From an uncultured Chloroflexia bacterium (GTDB taxonomy: Bacteria > Chloroflexota > Limnocylindria > Limnocylindrales > CSP1-4): 64,000 nt of DNA. Made by a program: the position numbers and the translations under genes. Below are positions 10,539 to 18,142 of the stretch, piece by piece. Location: positions 10,516-74,515 of the forward strand of contig CAWBTQ010000003.1 of the NCBI GenBank assembly GCA_963791725.1, given 5' to 3'. The notes beneath the pieces were generated by a model that had not been told where the DNA came from, did no database searches, and was given only the letters and a program-made list of their open reading frames with translations. The first letter of the stretch is position 1; each line of letters opens with the position of its first letter.

Positions 10539-10961
10539 GCGAAAGGCTCGAACGAACGGGCGAGCTTGGCGATCGCCTCGGCCTCAACCGGCGTGATTGA
10601 AGCGGTCGAGATAGCCCCGGCGATGTCTCGCCGTCGCAGGTCCAGGACGCGCTCTCGCAGGTCGCGGCCGGCCTGCGTAAGTCGTACGCAGACCACGCGC
10701 CTGTCGAGCATCGCCTTTGTCCGTGGACACCAGGCCGCGGCGCTTCAGACGAGAGACGACTCGACTTGCCGGCGAGGCATGCGCGCCGATCCGAGCGGCT
10801 ATCTCGCCAACCGCCTGGCCCTCCTCGCGCTCACCGACCACAAGCAGCACTCGCCACTGCATGAAGGTGAGTTCTGCGTCAGCAGCGGCGGTGGCACGGG
10901 CGGTGATGGCGACCGAGCCGACCACCAGACGTTCGAGCACGCCGACGAGATCTTCGTTCAT
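10535..10961 (-). pseudogene. MarR-family transcriptional regulator with a 1-nt frameshift near 10708; stop overlaps the clc start (ATGA)
   Basis: The N-terminal frame gives LTFMQWRVLLVVGE...GEIAARIGAHASPASRVVSRLKRRGLVSTDKGD. The C-terminal frame gives LDRRVVCVRLTQAGRDLRERVLDLRRRDIAGAISTASITPVEAEAIAKLARSFEPFA*. Joined, they form a canonical MarR. Confidence 0.65.
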
Positions 10962-10975
10962 ATGCCTGCAGTGTA

Positions 10976-11005
10976 GCAGGTATATTCCGTATGGAATATA
11001 CCTGC
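10976..11005. promoter_or_regulatory. perfect 30-bp palindrome (13-bp arms, 4-bp spacer) in an AT-rich patch 15 nt upstream of the marR start; candidate MarR operator
   Basis: Sequence GCAGGTATATTCC-GTAT-GGAATATACCTGC. Flanked by a second small dyad CCTGCAgtgtaGCAGG (10965-10980). Local GC is far below the window average. Confidence 0.5.
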
Positions 11006-11117
11006 ACTCTCACCGCGTGCGGCTTGACTGCGAGCGCCTCACCCGCGTCTCGACCATCGGGGGATCCCGCCTCGTCGAGCAGAGACCTGGTGAGCCGCCT
11101 GACCCGAACCTTCGGCG

Positions 11118-12005
11118 TCAGTCATCCAGACCGCCGATGGCTAGCCCGCGAAGGCGTGCCGGATCGGCCAGGACGTCGATCTCGACGATCCTGCCCTGGC
11201 GAACGGCGAACCCCATGACCGAGTAGGCCCGTCCGGACTCTCCGGCAACGATGCCCGCCGCCCCGTTCACGAGCGCCGGGCGAGCGAGGGTGCCGTAACG
11301 CCGCGCGAAGGCAAGCGCCTGTTCCGCCACGGCCGGGGCACCGCGGAAGACCCTCGGGCCGCCGCCGACGGGAAGTGCGCCGGTGTCGGCGCGCAGGACT
11401 ACGTCGGGATCGAGCACCGCCAGGAGCGCCCCGAAGTTGCCGTCGCGAGCCGCGGCCACGAATGCCGCGACGACTTCGCGCTGGCGATCCCGGTCGGGGT
11501 CAGGCTCGGGAACGCCCCTCACCCGCCGCCGAGCGCGGCTGGCTAACTGACGCGCTGCGGTCGGAGAGCGCCCCACGATGGGCGCGATCTCGTCGAAGGC
11601 CACGCCGAACACGTCGTGCAGCACGAATGCGACCCGCTCGGGTGGAGCGAGGGTGTCGAGGACAACGAGCATCGCGAGCCCGACAGAATCCGCAATGAGG
11701 GCCTCTCGCTCAGGATCGCTCTCGTCCGGCAGGCTCACGATCGGGTCGGGCAGGTGGCCGGCCAGGGGTTCCTCGCGCCGCGACCTGCGCGACTCCAGCA
11801 TGTTCAGGCAGATTCGCCCTACGACCGTGGTCAGCCAGGCATTCAGGTTCTCGATCGTGCTCGAGTCGGAGCGATTCATCCGAAGCCAGGCTTCCTGGAC
11901 TGCGTCGTCCGCCTCGCTGAGCGAGCCCAGCATCCGGTAGGCCACCGCTCGCAGGCGACCGCGATTGGCCTCGAAGCGTTCCGCCAGCCATTCGTGTTCG
12001 TCCAT
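11118..12005 (-). CDS. ECF-family RNA polymerase sigma factor with C-terminal SnoaL-like extension (ECF41/SigJ-like)
   Basis: Sigma-70 region 2 (DDAVQEAWLRMNRSD) and region 4 (PPERVAFVLHDVFGVAFDEIAPIVGRSPTAARQLASRARRRV), followed by a ~100-aa SnoaL-like tail. Start MDEHEWL at 12005. Confidence 0.85.
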   Translation of the reverse strand: MDEHEWLAERFEANRGRLRAVAYRMLGSLSEADDAVQEAWLRMNRSDSSTIENLNAWLTTVVGRICLNMLESRRSRREEPLAGHLPDPIVSLPDESDPEREALIADSVGLAMLVVLDTLAPPERVAFVLHDVFGVAFDEIAPIVGRSPTAARQLASRARRRVRGVPEPDPDRDRQREVVAAFVAAARDGNFGALLAVLDPDVVLRADTGALPVGGGPRVFRGAPAVAEQALAFARRYGTLARPALVNGAAGIVAGESGRAYSVMGFAVRQGRIVEIDVLADPARLRGLAIGGLDD

Positions 12006-12025
12006 CGGCCACGTTCCTTTGCGTG

Positions 12026-12640
12026 CTACCTGACAGCGGGAATTCTCGGCCTGGCCGTCGCTGGCACCGCGCACACCATGCCCTCACTGAAACCGGCGGC
12101 CCCAATGCCGAATGCGAGGTTGAAGCGCCCGCGCAGGTTCTCCAGGGCGATCACGTGCGTGAGCTCAACCAGCTGGGCGTCGTCGAATTGCGTTCGTAGT
12201 TTGGCGAAGAGCTCGTCGCTGACCTCCACGGGCGTTCGACTGATAGCCACGGAGTAATCGAGCACGAGCTTCTCGAGATCTGTAAAGAGAGGGCTCGCCT
12301 GGTAGGAAGCCAGCGCCAGCAGCTGAGCGTCGCTCAGGCCTGAACGCCGGGCGATCTGCGAGCCCATGTCGATGCAGTACGCACAGTTGACCACCGTTAC
12401 CGCCTTGAGCTCAGCCAGATTCCTGAGGCGCCCGTCGACGCCGTGGAGTTTGGCCGTGGCCTGTTCGAACCCGGCGTAGCCGCCAAGGAGGCCGGGCAAG
12501 TGCGCGTAGATCTCCAGCGGCTCGATCATGCGCTCGGGCGCGCGGCCGGTCAGATGCGCGAGGCTCCGGCGCGTGAAGAAGTAGGCGAGCCTCGTTCGCA
12601 GGCCAGCGTGGCGGGCGCGTACGCCTTCAATCCGTGCCAT
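12026..12640 (-). CDS. carboxymuconolactone decarboxylase (CMD/AhpD-like) family protein
   Basis: 204 aa. CMD-type motif VNCAYCIDMGS. This is the classic conserved neighbour of ECF41 sigma factors. Confidence 0.75.
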   Translation of the reverse strand: MARIEGVRARHAGLRTRLAYFFTRRSLAHLTGRAPERMIEPLEIYAHLPGLLGGYAGFEQATAKLHGVDGRLRNLAELKAVTVVNCAYCIDMGSQIARRSGLSDAQLLALASYQASPLFTDLEKLVLDYSVAISRTPVEVSDELFAKLRTQFDDAQLVELTHVIALENLRGRFNLAFGIGAAGFSEGMVCAVPATARPRIPAVR

Positions 12641-12947
12641 CTGCCATCTCCTTCTGCCAGAACGAGCCCGACGACCATCTGGTGCGCCAACCCGAGCGGG
12701 TGCTTGCCCTTGTCACATCGGCCCGGTTTCGGCGGTCACTGCGATGACAGGGCAGACCGAAGGAATGTGACCGACGGCCCGCCCTGGAAGGCGCGGTGGT
12801 TGTCGCCGCCGAGACGCGCTAAGCGTTGCGGAGGCGTCATCGGCGCCAGGCCTCGATCCATCGCGAAGCCGACGATCGCGTCAGGAGTGCTCGGTTCCCA
12901 GGCGGCGCCAGCCGTCGGATCAGCACGCAAAAGGAGCAGGAGGCTAG

Positions 12948-13373
12948 ATGACGAAGGCTGCCCGAACCATCTACAGGTACATGACTGTGGCGTTCCTCGC
13001 TCTCGTGGTGGTCGAGTTCTTCTTCGCCGGGATCGGCGTGTTCACCCTGCAGTCCGCCGCGACCGGGCCCGGGTCGACTGTATCGGCGACTGACTTCGAT
13101 CACGACTTTGCGGCTCATCTTCTGCTGGGAGACGGGATCGCAATCCTCAGCTTCATCCTCGTCGGCGCCGCCGTCGCCGCCAGGCTCGAGCGACGGCGGC
13201 TACGCGTCCCGGCCGCGATCCTGACCCTTGTGCTGGCGCAGGCGACGTTGGCGTTCGTCGGTCCCCCGGCGGTTCAGGCTTTGCACCCCGTCGCCGGGTT
13301 GCTCATTCTCGGCGCGGCCGTCTACGCCGTTCGCGACTCCGGCCCGTGGCAAGCGCCCCGCCAGCCTCAGTGA
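12948..13373 (+). CDS. hypothetical integral membrane protein
   Basis: SD AGGAGG 7 nt upstream. Four predicted TM helices. 141 aa. Confidence 0.6.
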   Translation: MTKAARTIYRYMTVAFLALVVVEFFFAGIGVFTLQSAATGPGSTVSATDFDHDFAAHLLLGDGIAILSFILVGAAVAARLERRRLRVPAAILTLVLAQATLAFVGPPAVQALHPVAGLLILGAAVYAVRDSGPWQAPRQPQ

Positions 13374-13505
13374 CGCTTCGACCGGCCACTGCCGTTCGGG
13401 CGGCACTCGCGCGAAATCGATCCCTTGCTCGTATGCCTTCGCTGCTCGAGCAGACCGCCCAAGATGGCGCGGCCTGACCCGACTCGCCCGCGCGCCGGGG
13501 GCCTG

Positions 13506-13886
13506 TTAACTGGCTGGTCCGAGCTGTCGCAGCCGCGACAGGTTGTCTTCGAGGCCCCAGTACTCGACGAAACGTCCGCCCTGGACACGCAGGAAGAAGA
13601 CCTCGTCGACCTCCTGCCGCCGCTCGTTGGGCTTCAGTCCCAGGAACTCGGTGTCGCCGCGGAACGTGCCGGAGCACCGAAATCGCACCGCAATCCTGTC
13701 GTTCTCGCTGACGGCATCGACGATCGTCTCGTGCCAGTCGGGAAAAGAGGCCCGGAACACGGCGAGAGCCTGCCGGACGCCATCGGCCAGATCCGGCGCG
13801 AAGAGTTCCGACACCTTGTCGAGTTCGTTCCTATTGATGACTTCATCGACCAGCCGGTTGACCAATGCTCGCTGCTCCACGCTCAT
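13506..13886 (-). CDS. SnoaL-like / ester cyclase (NTF2-like) family protein
   Basis: 126 aa. N-terminal ALVNRLVDEVINRNELDKVSELFAPD and C-terminal FFLRVQGGRFVEYWGLED are typical of the ester-cyclase family. Confidence 0.75.
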   Translation of the reverse strand: MSVEQRALVNRLVDEVINRNELDKVSELFAPDLADGVRQALAVFRASFPDWHETIVDAVSENDRIAVRFRCSGTFRGDTEFLGLKPNERRQEVDEVFFLRVQGGRFVEYWGLEDNLSRLRQLGPAS

Positions 13887-14287
13887 CGCCGTTCCTCACT
13901 GACCACCGGCACGCTGACTACCTCCGAATCGGTGGTGGGCCCAGAGGCGGCGGAGTGCCTCGAGTACCCGCGGCCAGGGGATCGGATCGAGGCCATGCAG
14001 ATGGGGAGCGCTTCTGGTCCACGATGGTGCTCCTTCGCACGGACCGTATCCGTCTTGACGCGTCGTGGCTGTCTACGGCTCGCCCCGTCCCACGCTTTGC
14101 GGGGCGCACGTGCCGGGCCAGAGATGGGGCGCTGTGAGATTCGCGACTTCGGGACGACGCGGCGGGGTTTCAGGGTCCGTCGTCCGCTCCGCCCTCGCCG
14201 CAGATGAGAGATCGCGGTGCCGCGGGACCGCGGCGGCTGTAACCTCTGCGTTGCAGGATGGCGCGACCGACGGAGGAGCATTCGAGA

Positions 14288-15568
14288 ATGGGCGACTCGC
14301 TCAAGATCGGCAAGTCGGCGGGGCCGGCAGGCAAAGCCACTGGAATCGCGGCGCCAGCTCAGGACGCTCCGGCAGCACAAACCGCGTCTCTCGTCCTGGT
14401 CCCACCCGCGGCCGTCGCGGTAGTCGAAGAGCGCGAGGCCGCCGGCTCGATCAAGCTCGACGCCGCCACCCTGGCCAAGCTCGACGGCATGGTCGCCGAC
14501 TACGTCGCAGCCATCTCTCAGCTCGACGTAAGTGATCCGAAGTTCGAGTCGCGGATCGCCGACATCCGAACGCTGGGCAACGAAGACGTCAAGGCCGCCT
14601 CGCAGGTCTCCTCGCGCCTCCTCGATCGACCGGTCGGATCGATGCAGAAGGGCGGGCTCGCCACCTCCGCCACCGTGTCCACGAGCCTGCTGCAACTGCG
14701 CCGCCAGATAGACGCCCTCGATCCGAGCCACCAGGGCGATCTGTTCAGCCCGCGCAAGCTCCTCGGCGTCATCCCATTCGGCGACCGGCTGCGCAGCTAC
14801 TTCGCCCGCTACCAGTCGAGCCAGGGCCACATCAACGCCATCGTCGGCGGCCTCGAACGAGGCCAGGCGGAACTGGCCAAGGACAACGCCGACCTCGAGC
14901 GCGAGAAGGAAAACCTGTGGCAGACGATGGAACGTCTGCGCCAGTACATCTATCTCGCCCAGAAGCTCGACGCGAGCCTGACTGAGCGCATCGCCAGGGT
15001 CGAGGCGACGGATCCGGAGCGGGCCCGAGTCCTCAAGGAGGACATGCTCTTCTACGTGCGCCAGAAGGTGCAGGACCTGACCGCACAGCTGGCCGTGAGC
15101 GTCCAGGGCTACCTCTCGATCGACGTGATCCGGCGCAACAACCTCGAGCTGATGCGGGGCGTGGACCGGGCCACGACGACAACGGTCTCGGCACTGCGGA
15201 CGGCCGTGATAGTCGCCCAGGCGCTCGGCGACCAGAAGCTCGTCCTCGACCAGATCACCGCCCTCAACACGACCACTTCCAACCTGATCGAAAGCACCTC
15301 GGCGATGCTTCGCCAGCAGTCGGCGACGATCAACGAACAGGCGTCGTCGTCAACGATCGAGCTGGAGAAGCTGCAGGCGGCATTCGACAACATCTACGCG
15401 ACGATGGACGAGATCGACGCTTTCAAGCTCAAGGCGCTCGACTCGATGACCAAGACGGTCGACGCGCTCACGACCCAGATCAACAAGGCGCAGTCGTACC
15501 TGGATCGCGCCAAGACTGGCGAACCGGCGGCGACCCGGATCGAGGGCGGGACGGCCAAGCCGCACTGA
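14288..15568 (+). CDS. telA: toxic anion resistance protein, TelA/KlaB family
   Basis: Long coiled-coil protein with TelA-like middle and C-terminal regions. I prefer the ATG at 14288 (GGAGG 11 nt upstream) over the ATG at 14258. Confidence 0.8.
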   Translation: MGDSLKIGKSAGPAGKATGIAAPAQDAPAAQTASLVLVPPAAVAVVEEREAAGSIKLDAATLAKLDGMVADYVAAISQLDVSDPKFESRIADIRTLGNEDVKAASQVSSRLLDRPVGSMQKGGLATSATVSTSLLQLRRQIDALDPSHQGDLFSPRKLLGVIPFGDRLRSYFARYQSSQGHINAIVGGLERGQAELAKDNADLEREKENLWQTMERLRQYIYLAQKLDASLTERIARVEATDPERARVLKEDMLFYVRQKVQDLTAQLAVSVQGYLSIDVIRRNNLELMRGVDRATTTTVSALRTAVIVAQALGDQKLVLDQITALNTTTSNLIESTSAMLRQQSATINEQASSSTIELEKLQAAFDNIYATMDEIDAFKLKALDSMTKTVDALTTQINKAQSYLDRAKTGEPAATRIEGGTAKPH

Positions 15569-15790
15569 TCGTCGGCATCGGCGCCGGTCGGCGCCGCCGG
15601 AGCAAGGCGACTCTGACGCGAAGCTAAGCGTCGCCGAGCGCAGGCCGCGGCGAGCGGCAACCGGATCGTCAGGCGCCCGATCGTCGAGCATCGGCGCCGG
15701 TCGGCGCCGCCGGGGCAAGGCGACTCTGACGCGAAGCTAAGCGTCGCCGAGCGCAGGCCGCCGCGAGCGGCAACCGATCGTCAGGCGGGC
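15568..15790. repeat. 112-bp intergenic tandem duplication (2 copies) between convergent telA and merR-arsC; each copy carries GC-rich stem-loops
   Basis: Copy 1 is 15568-15679 and copy 2 is 15680-15790. They differ by 3 substitutions and 2 single-base indels. Each contains GGCGACtctgACGCgaagctaaGCGTCGCC and GGCGCCggtcGGCGCC. The unit is bounded by ATCGTC direct repeats. Confidence 0.8.
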
Positions 15791-16611
15791 GCGCCCTCCG
15801 GCGCTCGGCGGGCGCGTCGGGCCAACTCGACGAACGGACGAAGCCGCGTCGCCACCTCGGTCCGCGTCCGTCGGAAGGCTTCGAGCTTCTGCTCGTCCGT
15901 GCCCTCGACCTCGGCCGGGTCGTCGAGGCCCCAGTGGAGTGAGTTGTGTTCGCCCGGGAAGACCGGACACGTCTGGCGGGCTCGATCGCAGACCGTGATG
16001 ACATAGTCGAACCGCTGGCCGAGGAACTCGGTCACCGACTTGCTCTTCGCGCCGGACCAGTCGATGCCGATCTCGCCGAGGGCCCGAACCGTGTAGGGGT
16101 TGACGCCCTTTGGCTCGGTTCCCGCGGACAGTGCCTCGAACTCGGCGCCGCCGAAGTCGCGCAGCAACGCCTCCGCGATCTGGCTGCGCGCGGAGTTGCC
16201 GGTGCAGACGAAGAGAACTCGGATCGGTGCGGCCATGGTTTCCTCCCGGGTGCGCCGGGCTCGGCCGGCGGCGGCGATTGTCAACTCCAGATCGATCAAC
16301 TCCGCGTCAAGGCGGTCGAGGTCGGAACGCTGGTGAGAAATGGCGGCGCGCTGGCGGGCGATCAGCGGCTCGAGATCGATATCGATTTCGCCGCGGTCGA
16401 CGCACAGCGATGCGAGCCGGCCGGCTTCGACGGGTGGGAGTCCCAGGCGGCGCAGCGCCACGACCAGGCTCAGGCGGCTCAGCGCATCATCGCCGTAGTC
16501 CCGGTAGCCATTCTCGCCACGAGCCGCCGGCGGGAGAACTCCGGTCTCCTCGTAGAAGCGTATGGCAGAGGGGGCGACGCCGGCGCGTCGGGCGAGCTCG
16601 GAGACCTTCAT
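15781..16611 (-). CDS. arsC: MerR-family HTH regulator fused to low-molecular-weight-phosphatase-type arsenate reductase (ArsC)
   Basis: N-terminus: MerR HTH MKVSELARRAGVAPSAIRFYEETGVL plus a coiled-coil dimerisation helix. C-terminus: LMW-PTP fold with CTGNSARS (CX5R P-loop) and downstream Cys/Asp typical of thioredoxin-coupled ArsC. Confidence 0.85.
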   Translation of the reverse strand: MKVSELARRAGVAPSAIRFYEETGVLPPAARGENGYRDYGDDALSRLSLVVALRRLGLPPVEAGRLASLCVDRGEIDIDLEPLIARQRAAISHQRSDLDRLDAELIDLELTIAAAGRARRTREETMAAPIRVLFVCTGNSARSQIAEALLRDFGGAEFEALSAGTEPKGVNPYTVRALGEIGIDWSGAKSKSVTEFLGQRFDYVITVCDRARQTCPVFPGEHNSLHWGLDDPAEVEGTDEQKLEAFRRTRTEVATRLRPFVELARRARRAPEGAPA

Positions 16612-16660
16612 GACGCAACCCTACACCTTCAAGCCACTTGAAGGTCAAGGGGCGCGCCGG
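16612..16660 (-). promoter_or_regulatory. MerR-type promoter: -35 TTGACC, 19-bp spacer containing the dyad CCTTCAAGccaCTTGAAGG, -10 TAGGGT 6 nt before the ATG (leaderless)
   Basis: On the minus strand: cccTTGACCttcaagtggcttgaaggtgTAGGGTtgcgtcATG. The 19-bp spacer plus internal palindrome is the hallmark of MerR-regulated promoters. Confidence 0.55.
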
Positions 16661-16713
16661 GGGTTGCGGGCCTGCGCCGACTGTGCCGCGGCAGACGCGG
16701 GCGGGTCAGCGGG

Positions 16714-17058
16714 CTATGTCGGCCGCGTCAGCGCCAGGACCGTCGGCTTTCCGGAAAGCGCGGCGGCCGTGCGCGGGAGCCCCGGCACCAACTCCCCTGC
16801 CAGCTCGCGGAAGCGGGCTACGGCCTCAGGCCGGAGCGAGTAGTAGATCCACGTCCCCTTGCGCTCGGTCGTGACCCAGCCGGCGGTCCTCAGAACGCGC
16901 AGGTGGTGCGACACGGTGGGCTGGCCAACCGTGCAGCAGTCGGCAAAGTCGCAGGCGCAGACGGCGCCGTCGGCGCTCAGCTCGCGGAGTATCGAGAGTC
17001 TTGCGGGGTCGGCGGCCGCCCGAAGGAGCAGGACGTCCGGATCGGTCGAGCGTTTCAT
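16714..17058 (-). CDS. arsR: ArsR/SmtB-family metalloregulator
   Basis: Start MKRSTDPD at 17058. wHTH with metal-site CACDF (CVC-type As(III) site). A 5' ORF extension to 17283 would overlap the arsM promoter and is unlikely. Confidence 0.85.
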   Translation of the reverse strand: MKRSTDPDVLLLRAAADPARLSILRELSADGAVCACDFADCCTVGQPTVSHHLRVLRTAGWVTTERKGTWIYYSLRPEAVARFRELAGELVPGLPRTAAALSGKPTVLALTRPT

Positions 17059-17139
17059 GTTCTCAAGGATATCGACTAATTTCGATATTGACAACCGTCG
17101 ATATAGCCGATATGGTAGGCTCCGAAAGGAGATCGAAGA
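17059..17139. promoter_or_regulatory. arsR/arsM divergent control region: -35 TTGACA (17088-93), 17-bp spacer, -10 TATGGT (17111-16), SD AAAGGAG; overlapping CGATAT dyad/direct repeats (candidate ArsR operator)
   Basis: Dyads ATATCGA-ctaatt-TCGATAT (17069-17088) and ATATCGAC...GTCGATAT flank the -35. A further CGATAT lies at 17108. AT-rich island in GC-rich DNA. Confidence 0.45.
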
Positions 17140-17307
17140 ATGTCGATCCATTACAGCCCCGAGCTCGTCAAGACGCTCATGAACGAGAACCTGCGCGAGG
17201 CGCGCCGAGCCATGGAGGTCCACTGCTGCGAGGAGCCGCGGGTCGAGCCCAGGCGCTCCTTCCGCAGCCTCTTCCGGCGCCAATCCTCCGCCGCGTGCGG
17301 ATGCTAG
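17140..17307 (+). CDS. small Cys-rich ORF (55 aa) between arsR and arsM, not in the ORF track (<60 aa)
   Basis: MSIHYSPELVKTLMNENLREARRAMEVHCCEEPRVEPRRSFRSLFRRQSSAACGC*. SD AAAGGAG 8 nt upstream. Strongly G/C-biased third positions. Vicinal CC and C-terminal CGC resemble the Cys-rich tail of the adjacent ArsM (…SCGCGSCCG*). Confidence 0.4.
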   Translation: MSIHYSPELVKTLMNENLREARRAMEVHCCEEPRVEPRRSFRSLFRRQSSAACGC

Positions 17308-17317
17308 GGAGCCCCTA

Positions 17318-18142
17318 ATGACCGCCGAGATCCACGAAGAGGTCCGCCTCCACTACGCGGAAGCCGCCCGGGGCGTCGCCTCCGGCGAGTCGTGCTGCAG
17401 CGACAGCGGCAACTACGGCAGCGAGCTCTACTCCGCTCTCGAGCGCAACGAGCTTCCCGACGCGGCCGTGATGGCATCGCTCGGCTGCGGCAACCCCATC
17501 GCCGTCGCCGATCTGCGCGAAGGAGAGCGGGTTCTGGACCTGGGTTCCGGGGGCGGCATCGACGTGCTGCTGTCGGCCAAGCGGGTCGGGCCGAGCGGCC
17601 GGGCCTTCGGTCTCGACATGACCGATGAGATGCTGGCTCTCGCTCAGAGCAACGCCGCCGCTGCCGGCGCCACGAACGTCGAATGGCTCAGGGGCCAGAT
17701 CGAATCGATCCCGCTGCCCGCAGCCTCGATCGACGTCGTCATAAGCAACTGCGTCGTGAACCTGGCCGCCGACAAGCCGTCCGTCTTCCGAGAGATCGCG
17801 CGTGTCCTGCGGCCGGGCGGACGAATCGGCATCACCGATATCGTCGCCGACGACTCGCTCACGCTCGAAGATCGGCGCGAGCGCGGATCGTACGCCGGCT
17901 GCATCGCCGGCGCCCTGTCGTTCTCTGAGTTCCGCTCAGGGCTGGAGGAAGTCGGACTCGAGGACGTGTCCCTGACCGTCACCCACGAGGTCGCCGATCG
18001 GCTGTTCAGCGTCATAGTCAAGGCCCGCAAGGGGCCTGGTTCGGGCGATGAGAAGGCGGCGTACCCCGCCCACGCAGAAAGCGCGAAAACCGAGGCCGCT
18101 GCCGTCGCCCAGTCGTGCGGCTGCGGGAGTTGCTGCGGATGA
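17318..18142 (+). CDS. arsM: arsenite S-adenosylmethionine methyltransferase ArsM
   Basis: SAM-MTase motif I VLDLGSGGGID. Conserved As(III)-binding cysteines (ESCCSD, LGCGNP, AGCIAG). Cys-rich C-terminal tail. Confidence 0.9.
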   Translation: MTAEIHEEVRLHYAEAARGVASGESCCSDSGNYGSELYSALERNELPDAAVMASLGCGNPIAVADLREGERVLDLGSGGGIDVLLSAKRVGPSGRAFGLDMTDEMLALAQSNAAAAGATNVEWLRGQIESIPLPAASIDVVISNCVVNLAADKPSVFREIARVLRPGGRIGITDIVADDSLTLEDRRERGSYAGCIAGALSFSEFRSGLEEVGLEDVSLTVTHEVADRLFSVIVKARKGPGSGDEKAAYPAHAESAKTEAAAVAQSCGCGSCCG

